DNA from: Candidatus Woesebacteria bacterium UBA5941
GTDB lineage: Bacteria > Patescibacteriota > Microgenomatia > UBA8517
Assembly (NCBI GenBank): GCA_002430735.1
Contig: DJCV01000011.1
Coordinates: 19,612 to 83,611, forward strand
Direction: 5' to 3'
Length of the DNA: 64,000 nucleotides
In this document: in pieces, positions 8,646-17,895 of the stretch
Position numbering within the stretch: position 1 is the stretch's first letter
Layout: each line of letters opens with the position of its first letter
The notes under the pieces: model-generated
Databases searched by the model: none
What the model was told of the DNA's origin: nothing
Seen by the model: the letters and a program-made list of their open reading frames with translations, nothing else
Made by a program: the position numbers and the translations under genes

Positions 8646-9859
8646 GATTTAATCGTTTGTTGAAGCCCTCCGATAATGCTGTAAATTGGGGCAATCATGA
8701 TAATGACCATAATCCCAACAACAGCCCCTATTAATAGCATTAATACTGGTTCAAGCAGTCCAGTCATTCGCTTTAGTGAGTAATCAACTTCGCTTTCGTA
8801 GAACTCGGCCATCTCTCCTAACACTTGCTCCAAACTTCCCGATTTTTCTCCTGCTCGGATTGTTTGAATCATGACCGCAGGAAATTCTTTTCTATGCTTC
8901 ATTAATATATCTGATAAAGATTCACCTTTTGAGACACCCGCGCTAAATGTTTTTGCTTCAGCCTTCAAATATGGGTCAGTTAAACTGTCTGCAGAAACAT
9001 CAAGTGCTTCCACAATTGGAACTCCATTTGCGAGTAACGTTGATAATGTACGAGAAAATCGGGCGATATCTATCTGTCGAACGACACCACGAATTCCTGG
9101 CATTTTAGTTACCACTTTCAAAAGAAAGCGCCGAACAGGTCGTAACAAGAAAAGAACGAACAAAACGCCGATTACTCCAAAGACTGAAAACAGTACCAGT
9201 GGTACGTTTTTCCCGATATAATCCCCAACAGTTAAGAGAACTTTCGTATACACAGGGAGCGGAACGTCGAGTCGGAGAAATGCTCCTGAGATTTTCGGGA
9301 GCACGAACAACATCATAATTAATCCATTTCCAAACATAGCGACGACAATCACTGCAGGATACATAAGCGAACCTTTTACTTTTTGGGTCAATTCATGAGA
9401 AGCAGCTAGTTGTTTGGCTAAGTATTGGAATGATTTTTCAAGCGTTCCACTTTCTTCTCCAACTTTTACCATTGTGAGAAAGATAGGGTCAAAGTCTTGT
9501 TTGTAATTTGCAAGAACCGAGGACAAACTCTTTCCTCTCTGCGTTTGAAATGAAATATCCGCAAGTACCCGTTGCATTGCCTTGTTTTTGGATTCCTCTC
9601 GAATAATATCTACCGTCTCTGGAATCGACATTCCGCTGTGTAACATTGTCGAAACAAATCGGCAAAATGCTGCTTTTTCAGATGAACTAATTGACCCTCC
9701 AAACATTCCATGAGGACTTTCCAGTGAATGAATCGATAGAACCTGATATCCATTTGCCTTTAGGGTATTCGCAGCCTCTACCTTCGATGCCGCTTGAATG
9801 GTATCTTCGACGATTGTATTTTCTCTCGTGGATTGTGCTTTATAAACAAAAAGTGCCAT
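8642..9859 (-). CDS. pilC: Type IV pilus platform protein PilC/GspF
   Basis: MALFVYKA start; duplicated GEESGTL/GEKSGSL, SLMYP, LLEP motifs. Confidence 0.93.
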   Translation of the reverse strand: MALFVYKAQSTRENTIVEDTIQAASKVEAANTLKANGYQVLSIHSLESPHGMFGGSISSSEKAAFCRFVSTMLHSGMSIPETVDIIREESKNKAMQRVLADISFQTQRGKSLSSVLANYKQDFDPIFLTMVKVGEESGTLEKSFQYLAKQLAASHELTQKVKGSLMYPAVIVVAMFGNGLIMMLFVLPKISGAFLRLDVPLPVYTKVLLTVGDYIGKNVPLVLFSVFGVIGVLFVLFLLRPVRRFLLKVVTKMPGIRGVVRQIDIARFSRTLSTLLANGVPIVEALDVSADSLTDPYLKAEAKTFSAGVSKGESLSDILMKHRKEFPAVMIQTIRAGEKSGSLEQVLGEMAEFYESEVDYSLKRMTGLLEPVLMLLIGAVVGIMVIIMIAPIYSIIGGLQQTIKS

Positions 9860-9860
9860 A

Positions 9861-11540
9861 TTAGTTATCCGTAACCGCCTGAAGTACTTGCTCAATAGTC
9901 GTAAAGCCGGATGAGACTTTGTTTAATCCGTCTTGCATCATAGAAATCATTCCTTCTTCTTTTGCAGCTTTCAACAAATCATCACTGCCTACTTTGCGAA
10001 CAACCAGGGATCGAATTTTTTCAGTAACTGAAAGTACTTCATAAATGCCGATTCGTCCCAAAAATCCTTTTCCATGGCATTCACTACACCCCATACCACG
10101 GTAAAACTTTTGTCGCGTCGGATCGATATGTACCTCATCAACTAATTTTGCAAGTACTGCAGCATCAGGGGTGTACTCTTTTATACACACCGAGCAGATT
10201 TTTCTCACCAGTCGTTGTGCAATTACGATGTTAAGTGTTGATGCTGCAAGGTATCCTTCAACACCCATATCAAGAAGCCGTGGCAATGCTCCAACTGCAT
10301 CGTTCGTGTGGAGCGTTGAAAGAACTAAATGTCCGGTTAATGCAGAATGAACCGCAATTTCTGCAGTTTCTTTATCACGAATTTCCCCAACCATCATAAT
10401 GTCCGGATCGTGCCGTAGCAGTGCGCGTAACCCTGCAGCAAAATCAAGACCGGCCTTCGCGTTTACTTGAATTTGAGTTACACGATTCACTCCATATTCA
10501 ACTGGATCTTCAATGGTACAAATCTTTACATCAATGGTATTCAGAATTGTGAGTAAGGAATAGAGCGTTGTTGTTTTACCAGATCCGGTAGGTCCAGTCA
10601 CCAAAATCATTCCATTCGGCGCTTCGATTGCTCTATTAACAAGTTCTAAGTTGCGTCCCATAAGTCCAAGTTCCTCTAAACTTGATGGCCGCGCACTTTC
10701 ACGAAGAAGTCGCATAACAATGTTTTCACCATAAAAGCCAGGAATTATAGAAACGCGTAATGCGATCACTTCGTCGTTTACAGTTACTTTGTACCGTCCA
10801 TCTTGAGGGATACGACGTTCATCGAGTTTTAAGTTCGAAAGGATCTTGACGCGCGCAATGAGCGGTTCTTGTACTTTTTGAGGCAATCGAATGATATCAC
10901 GCAAATCTCCATCAATTCGGAAGCGAATAATAACATCTTGTTCTTGAGTCTCGATGTGCATATCACTTGCACGCTCAGCGACAGCGTATTCCATAAAAGT
11001 ATCAAGAATTTTTATAACAGGAAGGTCTTCCGACGCTTTTTTGATATCACCAGACTTCTCTGTTTTCGCCACATTCTCGGTAATAACTTTTTGAAACTCA
11101 TTTTCAAAATTTCTTTTGTATTGCGAAAGTGCACGACTAAAATCTTCAGGGCTCACATAAAAAGGCACAATCTCTCGCCCAGTAAAGCGCTTTGCGAACT
11201 CAAGCGCTTCAACATCAGTTGGATCGCTCATCGCGAGTTTTAGTTTCTCTGCATCTAGCCCTAATGGAACCATCTTGTATGTCTTTGCGAGGTTTTGGGG
11301 AATTAAGCTTAACGCTTCGTCGGTTATGGCAACGTGCTTCATATCAAGCCATCCAACATGGAGATAGTCTGCAATTAATTTCGAATAAATCGTACTATTT
11401 AAAAATCCTCTAAAAACCAATATATCTTCAATTGATTTTCCAATATCTTTTGCCGTTTGTGCAGCATCGTCGAACGCAGCTTCCGGAACGAGACCGGACC
11501 GAACGATGATCTGTTTTAGGATATCAGGGGCAATATTCAT
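9861..11540 (-). CDS. pilB: Type IV pilus extension ATPase PilB/GspE
   Basis: ASDMHIE, RIPQDGR, Walker A GPTGSGKTT, TIEDPVE, LRHDPD, STLHTN, CxxC...CxxC Zn motif. Confidence 0.95.
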   Translation of the reverse strand: MNIAPDILKQIIVRSGLVPEAAFDDAAQTAKDIGKSIEDILVFRGFLNSTIYSKLIADYLHVGWLDMKHVAITDEALSLIPQNLAKTYKMVPLGLDAEKLKLAMSDPTDVEALEFAKRFTGREIVPFYVSPEDFSRALSQYKRNFENEFQKVITENVAKTEKSGDIKKASEDLPVIKILDTFMEYAVAERASDMHIETQEQDVIIRFRIDGDLRDIIRLPQKVQEPLIARVKILSNLKLDERRIPQDGRYKVTVNDEVIALRVSIIPGFYGENIVMRLLRESARPSSLEELGLMGRNLELVNRAIEAPNGMILVTGPTGSGKTTTLYSLLTILNTIDVKICTIEDPVEYGVNRVTQIQVNAKAGLDFAAGLRALLRHDPDIMMVGEIRDKETAEIAVHSALTGHLVLSTLHTNDAVGALPRLLDMGVEGYLAASTLNIVIAQRLVRKICSVCIKEYTPDAAVLAKLVDEVHIDPTRQKFYRGMGCSECHGKGFLGRIGIYEVLSVTEKIRSLVVRKVGSDDLLKAAKEEGMISMMQDGLNKVSSGFTTIEQVLQAVTDN

Positions 11541-11566
11541 GGGCAGAATTTACCCAGTATAACACC

Positions 11567-12118
11567 TTAGACTGAAGAGTTTGAGCCCGTAACTTTCACC
11601 AGAACAGTGACCGGAACGGTACTATTCTCTTGGCTAATTTCGATAGTGACCTTACTACGTCCGCGAGTACCGGATAGCTTGTTGTACACACCCTGGGCTT
11701 GTTGTGTTTGAATTACATTGGTTGCTACAAATCCGAGCTTTCCTAATGTTTCTCTATACCAGGTTGTAACAAGATTTACCGGTTGCGTGGTAGATAGCAC
11801 AAGCTCATTCTCGGTTTGAGCAGTAACTATTGAGGGTACGTACATCCATTCTGTAATACCCGTTGCAGCAGGTTTTAGACTTGCGGATGTACTACTGGTC
11901 GGTTGAGGGCTCGCTGAACTTGTGGCAAACAATAACGACTCAAGCGGTGTAGGGTGTGGGGTAGGGCTTTCTGTTTCAGCTGGAGTTGCGGAGGGTGTTG
12001 AGGTTTCGCTTTTCACTGAAAGAACTTCACTCGTGTCAGGCGTGCTTACCTGACCACGTGTCGCAACAGCAACAACTAACACAACGAGTGAAAATACCGT
12101 AAAGGCTACATTTACCAC
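11567..12118 (-). CDS. Membrane-anchored S/T/P-rich hypothetical protein
   Basis: GTG start 5 nt after TATAAT; N-terminal TM, low-complexity linker, globular C-terminus. Confidence 0.65.
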   Translation of the reverse strand: MVNVAFTVFSLVVLVVAVATRGQVSTPDTSEVLSVKSETSTPSATPAETESPTPHPTPLESLLFATSSASPQPTSSTSASLKPAATGITEWMYVPSIVTAQTENELVLSTTQPVNLVTTWYRETLGKLGFVATNVIQTQQAQGVYNKLSGTRGRSKVTIEISQENSTVPVTVLVKVTGSNSSV

Positions 12119-12175
12119 ACCTCATTATACAACACGCATTGAACTTAAAGATGCCGATCTCAAACAATCCGTAGC

Positions 12176-12478
12176 TCAGTAGTTAATTTTAACGAAATAA
12201 GTCTTATCCATCATTTCACCATTAACGGGAATTCCAAGCATATACCCGAGCGTCTGCGCTACTGTTACCCCAACACGCAATCCGGTAAACGAACCAGGTC
12301 CTGGGTGCACTTCAATTTCACTGAGATCTTCGAGAGTTAAACCAAGCGACGCTAACGTCTCACTAATAAATGGTAATAACTTTTGTGATTTATCCTTTTT
12401 TGCACTCGTTTCATAGGACACCCCATTTACCGTAATTAGTATTTGCTCATTATTTGCAGTGTTTATTGAAAGTTTCAT
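12176..12478 (-). CDS. tsaB: tRNA t6A biosynthesis protein TsaB, short form (N-terminal domain only)
   Basis: LSINTA, SQKLLP, GPGSFTGLRVG; overlaps tsaE. Confidence 0.85.
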   Translation of the reverse strand: MKLSINTANNEQILITVNGVSYETSAKKDKSQKLLPFISETLASLGLTLEDLSEIEVHPGPGSFTGLRVGVTVAQTLGYMLGIPVNGEMMDKTYFVKINY

Positions 12479-12909
12479 AGCGTTCCTGGAATAGAAATTG
12501 TGTGATGATCATTTTCTTCAAGCGAAAAGGTAATTCGTATCGCATGAGAGGGTATCTTTTTTATTCGCTCTGGCCATTCAATACAGACAATAGCATCCGG
12601 CTTTCCCCACAAGTCAAACACTCCGAGTGCTTCAATCTCACGATCTGCTCCATGTTCCAGGCGATACAAATCAAGATGATATAGGGACAAATCCGTAGCG
12701 TGTGGAATGGAATAGGTACGCATTAAGATGAATGTCGGAGAGGTAATAACTCGGCTAACTCCCAAACCCTGTGCGACTCCTTGAACAAATGTTGTTTTCC
12801 CTGAGCCTAAGTCCCCTTGCAATAAAATTACCTCTCCTCCTTTTAGAGTAGCTGCAAATTTTTTGCCAAGATCTTGAGTCTCTTTGGTGCTCTTGGTAAT
12901 AAATTCCAT
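12475..12909 (-). CDS. tsaE: tRNA t6A biosynthesis ATPase TsaE
   Basis: GDLGSGKTTF, SPTF, HLDLYRL, IEWPE. Confidence 0.95.
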   Translation of the reverse strand: MEFITKSTKETQDLGKKFAATLKGGEVILLQGDLGSGKTTFVQGVAQGLGVSRVITSPTFILMRTYSIPHATDLSLYHLDLYRLEHGADREIEALGVFDLWGKPDAIVCIEWPERIKKIPSHAIRITFSLEENDHHTISIPGTL

Positions 12910-13268
12910 ATGCCGTAAATTGTAACTGTTCCACCAAATGTATCAATAAGGACATCACGGAACCGTGATTGACGACCTACAACAAAACGTTCGTGAAACT
13001 CATCGGTGCAACCAAAAATAAATACAAATATAATCGCATAAATTCCAGCTCTTCGAGAGCTTATCCCATGCAACCGCAATGCACGATAGGTTAATGCTGC
13101 AAGTAGTCCATATTCGATAACATGCGCAAACTTTTTTATTGAAAACTCTTGCCAATACACCGTTGAAACAGTGGCGGTCTTGAAAGATGAAACATAAAAT
13201 ATCGCGGAACACACAGCAATCACAGGGAACCAAATAAATAAATAGTCGCCCAAAGTACGTTTTGTCAT
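12843..13268 (-). CDS. VanZ family membrane protein
   Basis: KFAHVIEYG, DEFHERFVVGRQSRFRDVLID. Confidence 0.85.
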   Translation of the reverse strand: MTKRTLGDYLFIWFPVIAVCSAIFYVSSFKTATVSTVYWQEFSIKKFAHVIEYGLLAALTYRALRLHGISSRRAGIYAIIFVFIFGCTDEFHERFVVGRQSRFRDVLIDTFGGTVTIYGIWNLLPRAPKRLKILAKNLQLL

Positions 13269-14044
13269 GAAGATGATTTAGTATACCAATCTTTCCCTAT
13301 CTTCCAAAACAAATATCCTCCATACAGGATTAAACCAATCGCAGGAATCATACACACAACTGCCACGATCGGGACAGATGAATCTCTTTCTGCTCTCTTC
13401 CACGGAGTTTGCGTGGGGACAGCTGTTTCAGGCTGAGTGGCAATTGGAGCGTTGGTTTCTGGAGAGAAACTCTCGGTTTCAGGCTCAGATTTTGCTGCCA
13501 AAACAATCGGTTCGTTCGTTTGAACAATAACAACTGGTGTCTGCGTGTTTTCTGGTAAAACAGTTACAACTGGAGTGCTTGTTGCCACTTGTGAAACTGG
13601 TGTCTGTGTCGAGACTGGGATAGCTAGCTTCACTGTTATTTTTTGCGGTGAAACAGAATCATCACTCGAATTTCCCGACGCTGTATATCTTTTGAGTGAA
13701 AGTAAATACTCACCACCAGGGAATCCTACAGGGACCTTTCCTTTTACAATCCCTTTCGTTTCATTTTCAACAATATCGATGGCAAAATATTCTTTTCCGC
13801 TGGATCCTTCGTACCAAGACAAACCATTCCAGGTAAGACCGTGATATGAATGAGTGCCTTCTTTATAGACCAAGACGCGGATATAATTCCGCGCTTTTTT
13901 GGCACCAGCAATAGTAAATCCTACAGTGAATTCAGATTCTGTAACTTCATTGGGATACGAGTCAATTGAAATCGAGACTGCAAATACTTTTGGAGGCAAA
14001 AAAAGAGAAAGCAAAAGGAGGGCAAGAAGGGCGATCTTACACAC
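13265..14044 (-). CDS. Secreted Ig-like domain protein with PT linker and C-terminal membrane anchor
   Basis: Signal peptide, beta-rich domain, T/P/E linker, C-terminal TM. Confidence 0.7.
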   Translation of the reverse strand: MCKIALLALLLLSLFLPPKVFAVSISIDSYPNEVTESEFTVGFTIAGAKKARNYIRVLVYKEGTHSYHGLTWNGLSWYEGSSGKEYFAIDIVENETKGIVKGKVPVGFPGGEYLLSLKRYTASGNSSDDSVSPQKITVKLAIPVSTQTPVSQVATSTPVVTVLPENTQTPVVIVQTNEPIVLAAKSEPETESFSPETNAPIATQPETAVPTQTPWKRAERDSSVPIVAVVCMIPAIGLILYGGYLFWKIGKDWYTKSSS

Positions 14045-14048
14045 TTAA

Positions 14049-15206
14049 TTAATAATTAATATGTAAATAGTACGTATTTAGATCACTACCGTCGTGTTTA
14101 ACACGAACATATCGAAGTTTACATCCTCGCGCTCCATTAAAGCTCCCACGGTACAGTATGCCTGGTTGTACAGCCTTTACGATTGAAGAAGTGTCACTAC
14201 TTATATCAATTCCATCGTGTCGCGGATACCATTTATATGTTTTTACGAACCATGTTTGTCCATACCCTTGGTGGAATGAAATTTTTCCATCCAATGGCCA
14301 ATTCCATGTACCAGATGGATCAAATGTGTCGGTTGCGGTACAGGCTCCAGGCCCTGAACAGTTTTCGTAATCAACTCCAGGCTTTAGGTATCGAAACGGA
14401 TTCTCATCCATATTTGATTTTGTAACAATAAAATGAAGATGCGTACCGCTTGAATTGCAGGATGCCCCTTCAATAACCGTCGCAATCTTTTCTCCTTGGG
14501 CAACTTTTCCAACTTCTGTCTCTTGCCCTCGCCCTGCAATAATCGCCTGAATTGCGTCATATTCAGTTTTTGCAGCAGTTAACAATTCTTGATATCGCTT
14601 CTCATCATTTTTTGTGACAGATAATAAATTTGCTTTGGAAGATTTCTGGGTATCAAGCTCTGCTTTCGCAGTAGCAAGTTGTTTAGTAAGCTCCGTCAGC
14701 TGAGTTTTCTGTGTCTGATATCCGTCATTTGCCTTTTTTAAGCGGGTTAAGAGCGCCTGGTCTGCCTCCTGCAGTCGGGTTAAATATTGATATCGTGTTA
14801 ATGCATCACGAAGATTAGTTGACGTTGCAAGCACAAGCGGGTCTCCTCCCAACCGAGATAATTTGTATGTTTCAAGAACGCGTGCATTAAAGGCATCAGT
14901 TAAGTTTGACACTGAACCAGTGAGCGTCCCAATGCGGCCACTTAACAGAGAAATTTGATCCTCTGTTTGCTGAATTTTAAGTTCAGTCAGTTTAATTTGA
15001 GCGTTAAATTGCGAGATTTGATTCGCAAGCGTTGAAGCCTTTTCTTGCAACGATTTAATTTGCTGCTCATACTCGCTAATTTTTCTCTCGAGTTCAGCCT
15101 TCTCTTCCTGTTCAGATTGAGCAAATGCAAATTGAATTGAAGAAACTGGAGCAACTTGAAATACAACGACTAAGAGCGCGAAAAAAATAAGAAGAAGCGA
15201 TCGCAT
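14049..15206 (-). CDS. FtsEX-associated coiled-coil murein hydrolase with circularly permuted M23 peptidase domain
   Basis: Signal peptide, long PcsB/EnvC-like coiled coil, then SSGTHLHF (HxH) followed by HDGID (HxxxD) and YYLH; likely start 15206, 6 nt after TACAAT. Confidence 0.8.
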   Translation of the reverse strand: MRSLLLIFFALLVVVFQVAPVSSIQFAFAQSEQEEKAELERKISEYEQQIKSLQEKASTLANQISQFNAQIKLTELKIQQTEDQISLLSGRIGTLTGSVSNLTDAFNARVLETYKLSRLGGDPLVLATSTNLRDALTRYQYLTRLQEADQALLTRLKKANDGYQTQKTQLTELTKQLATAKAELDTQKSSKANLLSVTKNDEKRYQELLTAAKTEYDAIQAIIAGRGQETEVGKVAQGEKIATVIEGASCNSSGTHLHFIVTKSNMDENPFRYLKPGVDYENCSGPGACTATDTFDPSGTWNWPLDGKISFHQGYGQTWFVKTYKWYPRHDGIDISSDTSSIVKAVQPGILYRGSFNGARGCKLRYVRVKHDGSDLNTYYLHINY

Positions 15207-15210
15207 GAAC

Positions 15211-16128
15211 TCATTGTACCATCCGCAAGCTACGCCATACGGCGCCAATTGCACCTAAGATCGCAATGATGAGTCCAGCGAGTAATTCCGCACCAAATAA
15301 TGCACCCAAAATGACGAGCAAACCCTGCAGGGTGTGAGGCAACACTTCAATGGTTCCAAAATATGCAAGCAATTTTGGAGAACCGTACATGACAACCAAT
15401 GATGCAGAAAACCAACCGAAAAATACTCCGAGGAATGCATATACACTTGCTTCAACCATAATTGGATTACGAATAAATGAACTGGTGGCACCTAATAAGC
15501 TGAGGCTTTCTATCTCATTTTTTCGCATAGAGATACGCATACTCATGACAACTAACAGAACTAAGAGTGAAGTTGCGAGTAGTACGCCAACTGCCACCGC
15601 ACCGGCTACTCGAACTGCTTTTGTAATGGTCCTCAATCGTTCAATAACTGAACCCAACTGGTCTTGACTGCCTACAGACGCAGTAAATCCAACACTTTCA
15701 ACAATTTCTGATTGTTGTAACTCAGAAACAACCGCATCAGCATAGGTTAAGTCCTTTACTGAAACTTCGATAGATGACGGGAAAATACTCGGGCTTACGA
15801 GCTCTCCTAAAAGTGGATTACTTGCGGTCGCGTCTTTGTATAGTTGAAATGCATCTTCCTTGGTTACAATCTTTAGTTCTCGGACACGACTATCATTTCG
15901 ATATTTGTCCTGCAACAGAAGTACTTGATCATCTTTTGCATCAGTTTTAATAAATGCAATAACTTGAGGTCTTGTTTCAAAATACACCAGGAGCTTCGTG
16001 GAACCGTAGACAAGTAATGCAATTAAGGTGGTTACAAAAAAGCTCACGGCCATCACAAGAACAACCGCAATCGCCTGATACGGTGCACGTCGAACGTATG
16101 TAAATCCAGTTTTAATCGGCCTTTTCAT
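15211..16128 (-). CDS. ftsX: Cell division permease FtsX
   Basis: TM1, extracellular domain, RKNEIESLSLLGATSSFIRNP, 3 further TMs; follows ftsE. Confidence 0.9.
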   Translation of the reverse strand: MKRPIKTGFTYVRRAPYQAIAVVLVMAVSFFVTTLIALLVYGSTKLLVYFETRPQVIAFIKTDAKDDQVLLLQDKYRNDSRVRELKIVTKEDAFQLYKDATASNPLLGELVSPSIFPSSIEVSVKDLTYADAVVSELQQSEIVESVGFTASVGSQDQLGSVIERLRTITKAVRVAGAVAVGVLLATSLLVLLVVMSMRISMRKNEIESLSLLGATSSFIRNPIMVEASVYAFLGVFFGWFSASLVVMYGSPKLLAYFGTIEVLPHTLQGLLVILGALFGAELLAGLIIAILGAIGAVWRSLRMVQ

Positions 16129-16792
16129 GTTTTTTGTTAGTATCTTTTATAAGCTTCCCTTTTTTCATTTCCATAACCCGTCCTTTATGTTCTTTAATAA
16201 TCTCACGGTTGTGTGTTGTAACGATCACCGTTTTTCCTTCCTGATTAATACGTGCAAGTAGTTTCATAATACCCTCTGCAGTCTCCCAATCTAAATTACC
16301 TGTAGGCTCATCTGCGAAAATAATTTTTGGATTCACAACAAGTGCTCGAGCAATCGATGCGCGTTGCAATTCTCCTCCCGAGAGTTGAGAAGGGAACAAA
16401 TGAAGCCTGTCCGCAATTCCCACAAGATTTCCCACATGTTCGACCCGCTCTTCCCACTCGCGTTGAGGAACGCCCTTCACTGCTAACGCCAATGCAATAT
16501 TTTCAGCAATTGTGTGTGTGGGAAGCAATTTAAAATCTTGAAAGACGGCACCAACTTGCTGGCGAAGTTTTGGCACATCACGTTTTCGCAAATCATGCAC
16601 GGAGACATCATCGAGGTAAATTTCACCTTCACTGGGAGCAAATTCACGAACGACTAACCGAAGAATGCTCGTTTTTCCTGCTCCTGAAGTTCCGATGATC
16701 AAAACAAATTCGCCATCTTCTATTCGAAAAGAGACGTCATCTAGAGCGGTAATCTGGCCGAAGCGTTTTGAAACGCTTTTAAATTCAAGCAT
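16112..16792 (-). CDS. ftsE: Cell division ATP-binding protein FtsE
   Basis: [34 protein letters not shown]. Confidence 0.93.
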   Translation of the reverse strand: MLEFKSVSKRFGQITALDDVSFRIEDGEFVLIIGTSGAGKTSILRLVVREFAPSEGEIYLDDVSVHDLRKRDVPKLRQQVGAVFQDFKLLPTHTIAENIALALAVKGVPQREWEERVEHVGNLVGIADRLHLFPSQLSGGELQRASIARALVVNPKIIFADEPTGNLDWETAEGIMKLLARINQEGKTVIVTTHNREIIKEHKGRVMEMKKGKLIKDTNKKHEKAD

Positions 16793-16797
16793 GAGGT

Positions 16798-17307
16798 TTA
16801 CTGTATAACTTTAACTTTTCCTACGTCCATGAGCCATCCTGATTTACCAGATATGGTTTGACCACGAACTTCAACCTTTTTATCGACAAAGTTTTGTAAG
16901 TTAATAACTGTTGAAGACAAGGAAACGTCTTTGTTTGCACCAAGACCGCGCTCTAAGCGGTGAGTTCCTTCCCCTGAGATGCCACCTTCTTTAATAACGC
17001 CCTCAGCAGTATCAGGGAATGCTTTTTCGTCATTAATACCTGCTTCAGTCTCAGACGCAACAGAATTTGATGTTGTTACACCAGTTCCTGCATTATTTGA
17101 AGCACTATTGGCACCTCGCTTTGCAAATGTATACCCTGTGCCGATGCCCAAAAGCACAACAACGAGAAACATTCCAACAACCATCATTCCGGCTTTATTG
17201 TTTTGCTCTGGGAACTTTTTCATAACTGGTTCTAATGCAGGCTCAATAAAAGGTGTGTGTGATGCTTGAGGCATTGTTACATGCATTTCCTTTTCCATAG
17301 TCTTCAC
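16798..17307 (-). CDS. Single-TM protein with OB-fold-like C-terminal domain
   Basis: TM at about aa 40-62; LQNFVDKKVEVRG; same strand directly upstream of ftsE; start may be 17298. Confidence 0.65.
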   Translation of the reverse strand: MKTMEKEMHVTMPQASHTPFIEPALEPVMKKFPEQNNKAGMMVVGMFLVVVLLGIGTGYTFAKRGANSASNNAGTGVTTSNSVASETEAGINDEKAFPDTAEGVIKEGGISGEGTHRLERGLGANKDVSLSSTVINLQNFVDKKVEVRGQTISGKSGWLMDVGKVKVIQ

Positions 17308-17370
17308 TATACCATGTTCAGGAAAGTTCTGTGAATAGAGAAGTCGCTTGAGTTTAGCTACAATATACCC

Positions 17371-17895
17371 ATGAAACTCGGATCCAAAGAATTACGAGAT
17401 TACGAACCAACCCAAGAGGAACTTGCGCAAATAAGCAGACAACCACTGTACTTCGTGCTTGATGAGATTCTTGATACATACAACATAGGATCTCTCTTTC
17501 GACTGGCAGATGCGCTGGCAATTGAAAAGGTATATTTGTGCGGTAGCATGCAGTTTCCTCCTTCTTCCAGAATTCACAAAGCTGCGGTAGGAACTGAGCT
17601 GTGGACGCCATGGGAAAAGCGGGACACAGCACTCGAAGTTGTTTTGGAACTAAAGGAAAAAGGTATTGCGACGGTTGCAGTCGAGCAAGATGAACGTTCC
17701 ATTTCACTTCCAGATTTTAAGCCCTCATTCCCCTTGGCAATTGTCTTGGGACATGAAACAACCGGTGTCAAAAAAGAAGTCCTTGATGCTGTCGACACCA
17801 TAATTGAGCTGCCTATGCTCGGGATAAATAAATCGTTTAATGTTTGGGGAAGCGGGGCCGTTGTTGCCTATCGCATGCTTGAATACCTCCGCTAA
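17371..17895 (+). CDS. SpoU/TrmH family RNA 2'-O-methyltransferase
   Basis: YNIGSLFRLADA, VLGHETTGV, IELPMLGINKSFNV. Confidence 0.92.
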   Translation: MKLGSKELRDYEPTQEELAQISRQPLYFVLDEILDTYNIGSLFRLADALAIEKVYLCGSMQFPPSSRIHKAAVGTELWTPWEKRDTALEVVLELKEKGIATVAVEQDERSISLPDFKPSFPLAIVLGHETTGVKKEVLDAVDTIIELPMLGINKSFNVWGSGAVVAYRMLEYLR

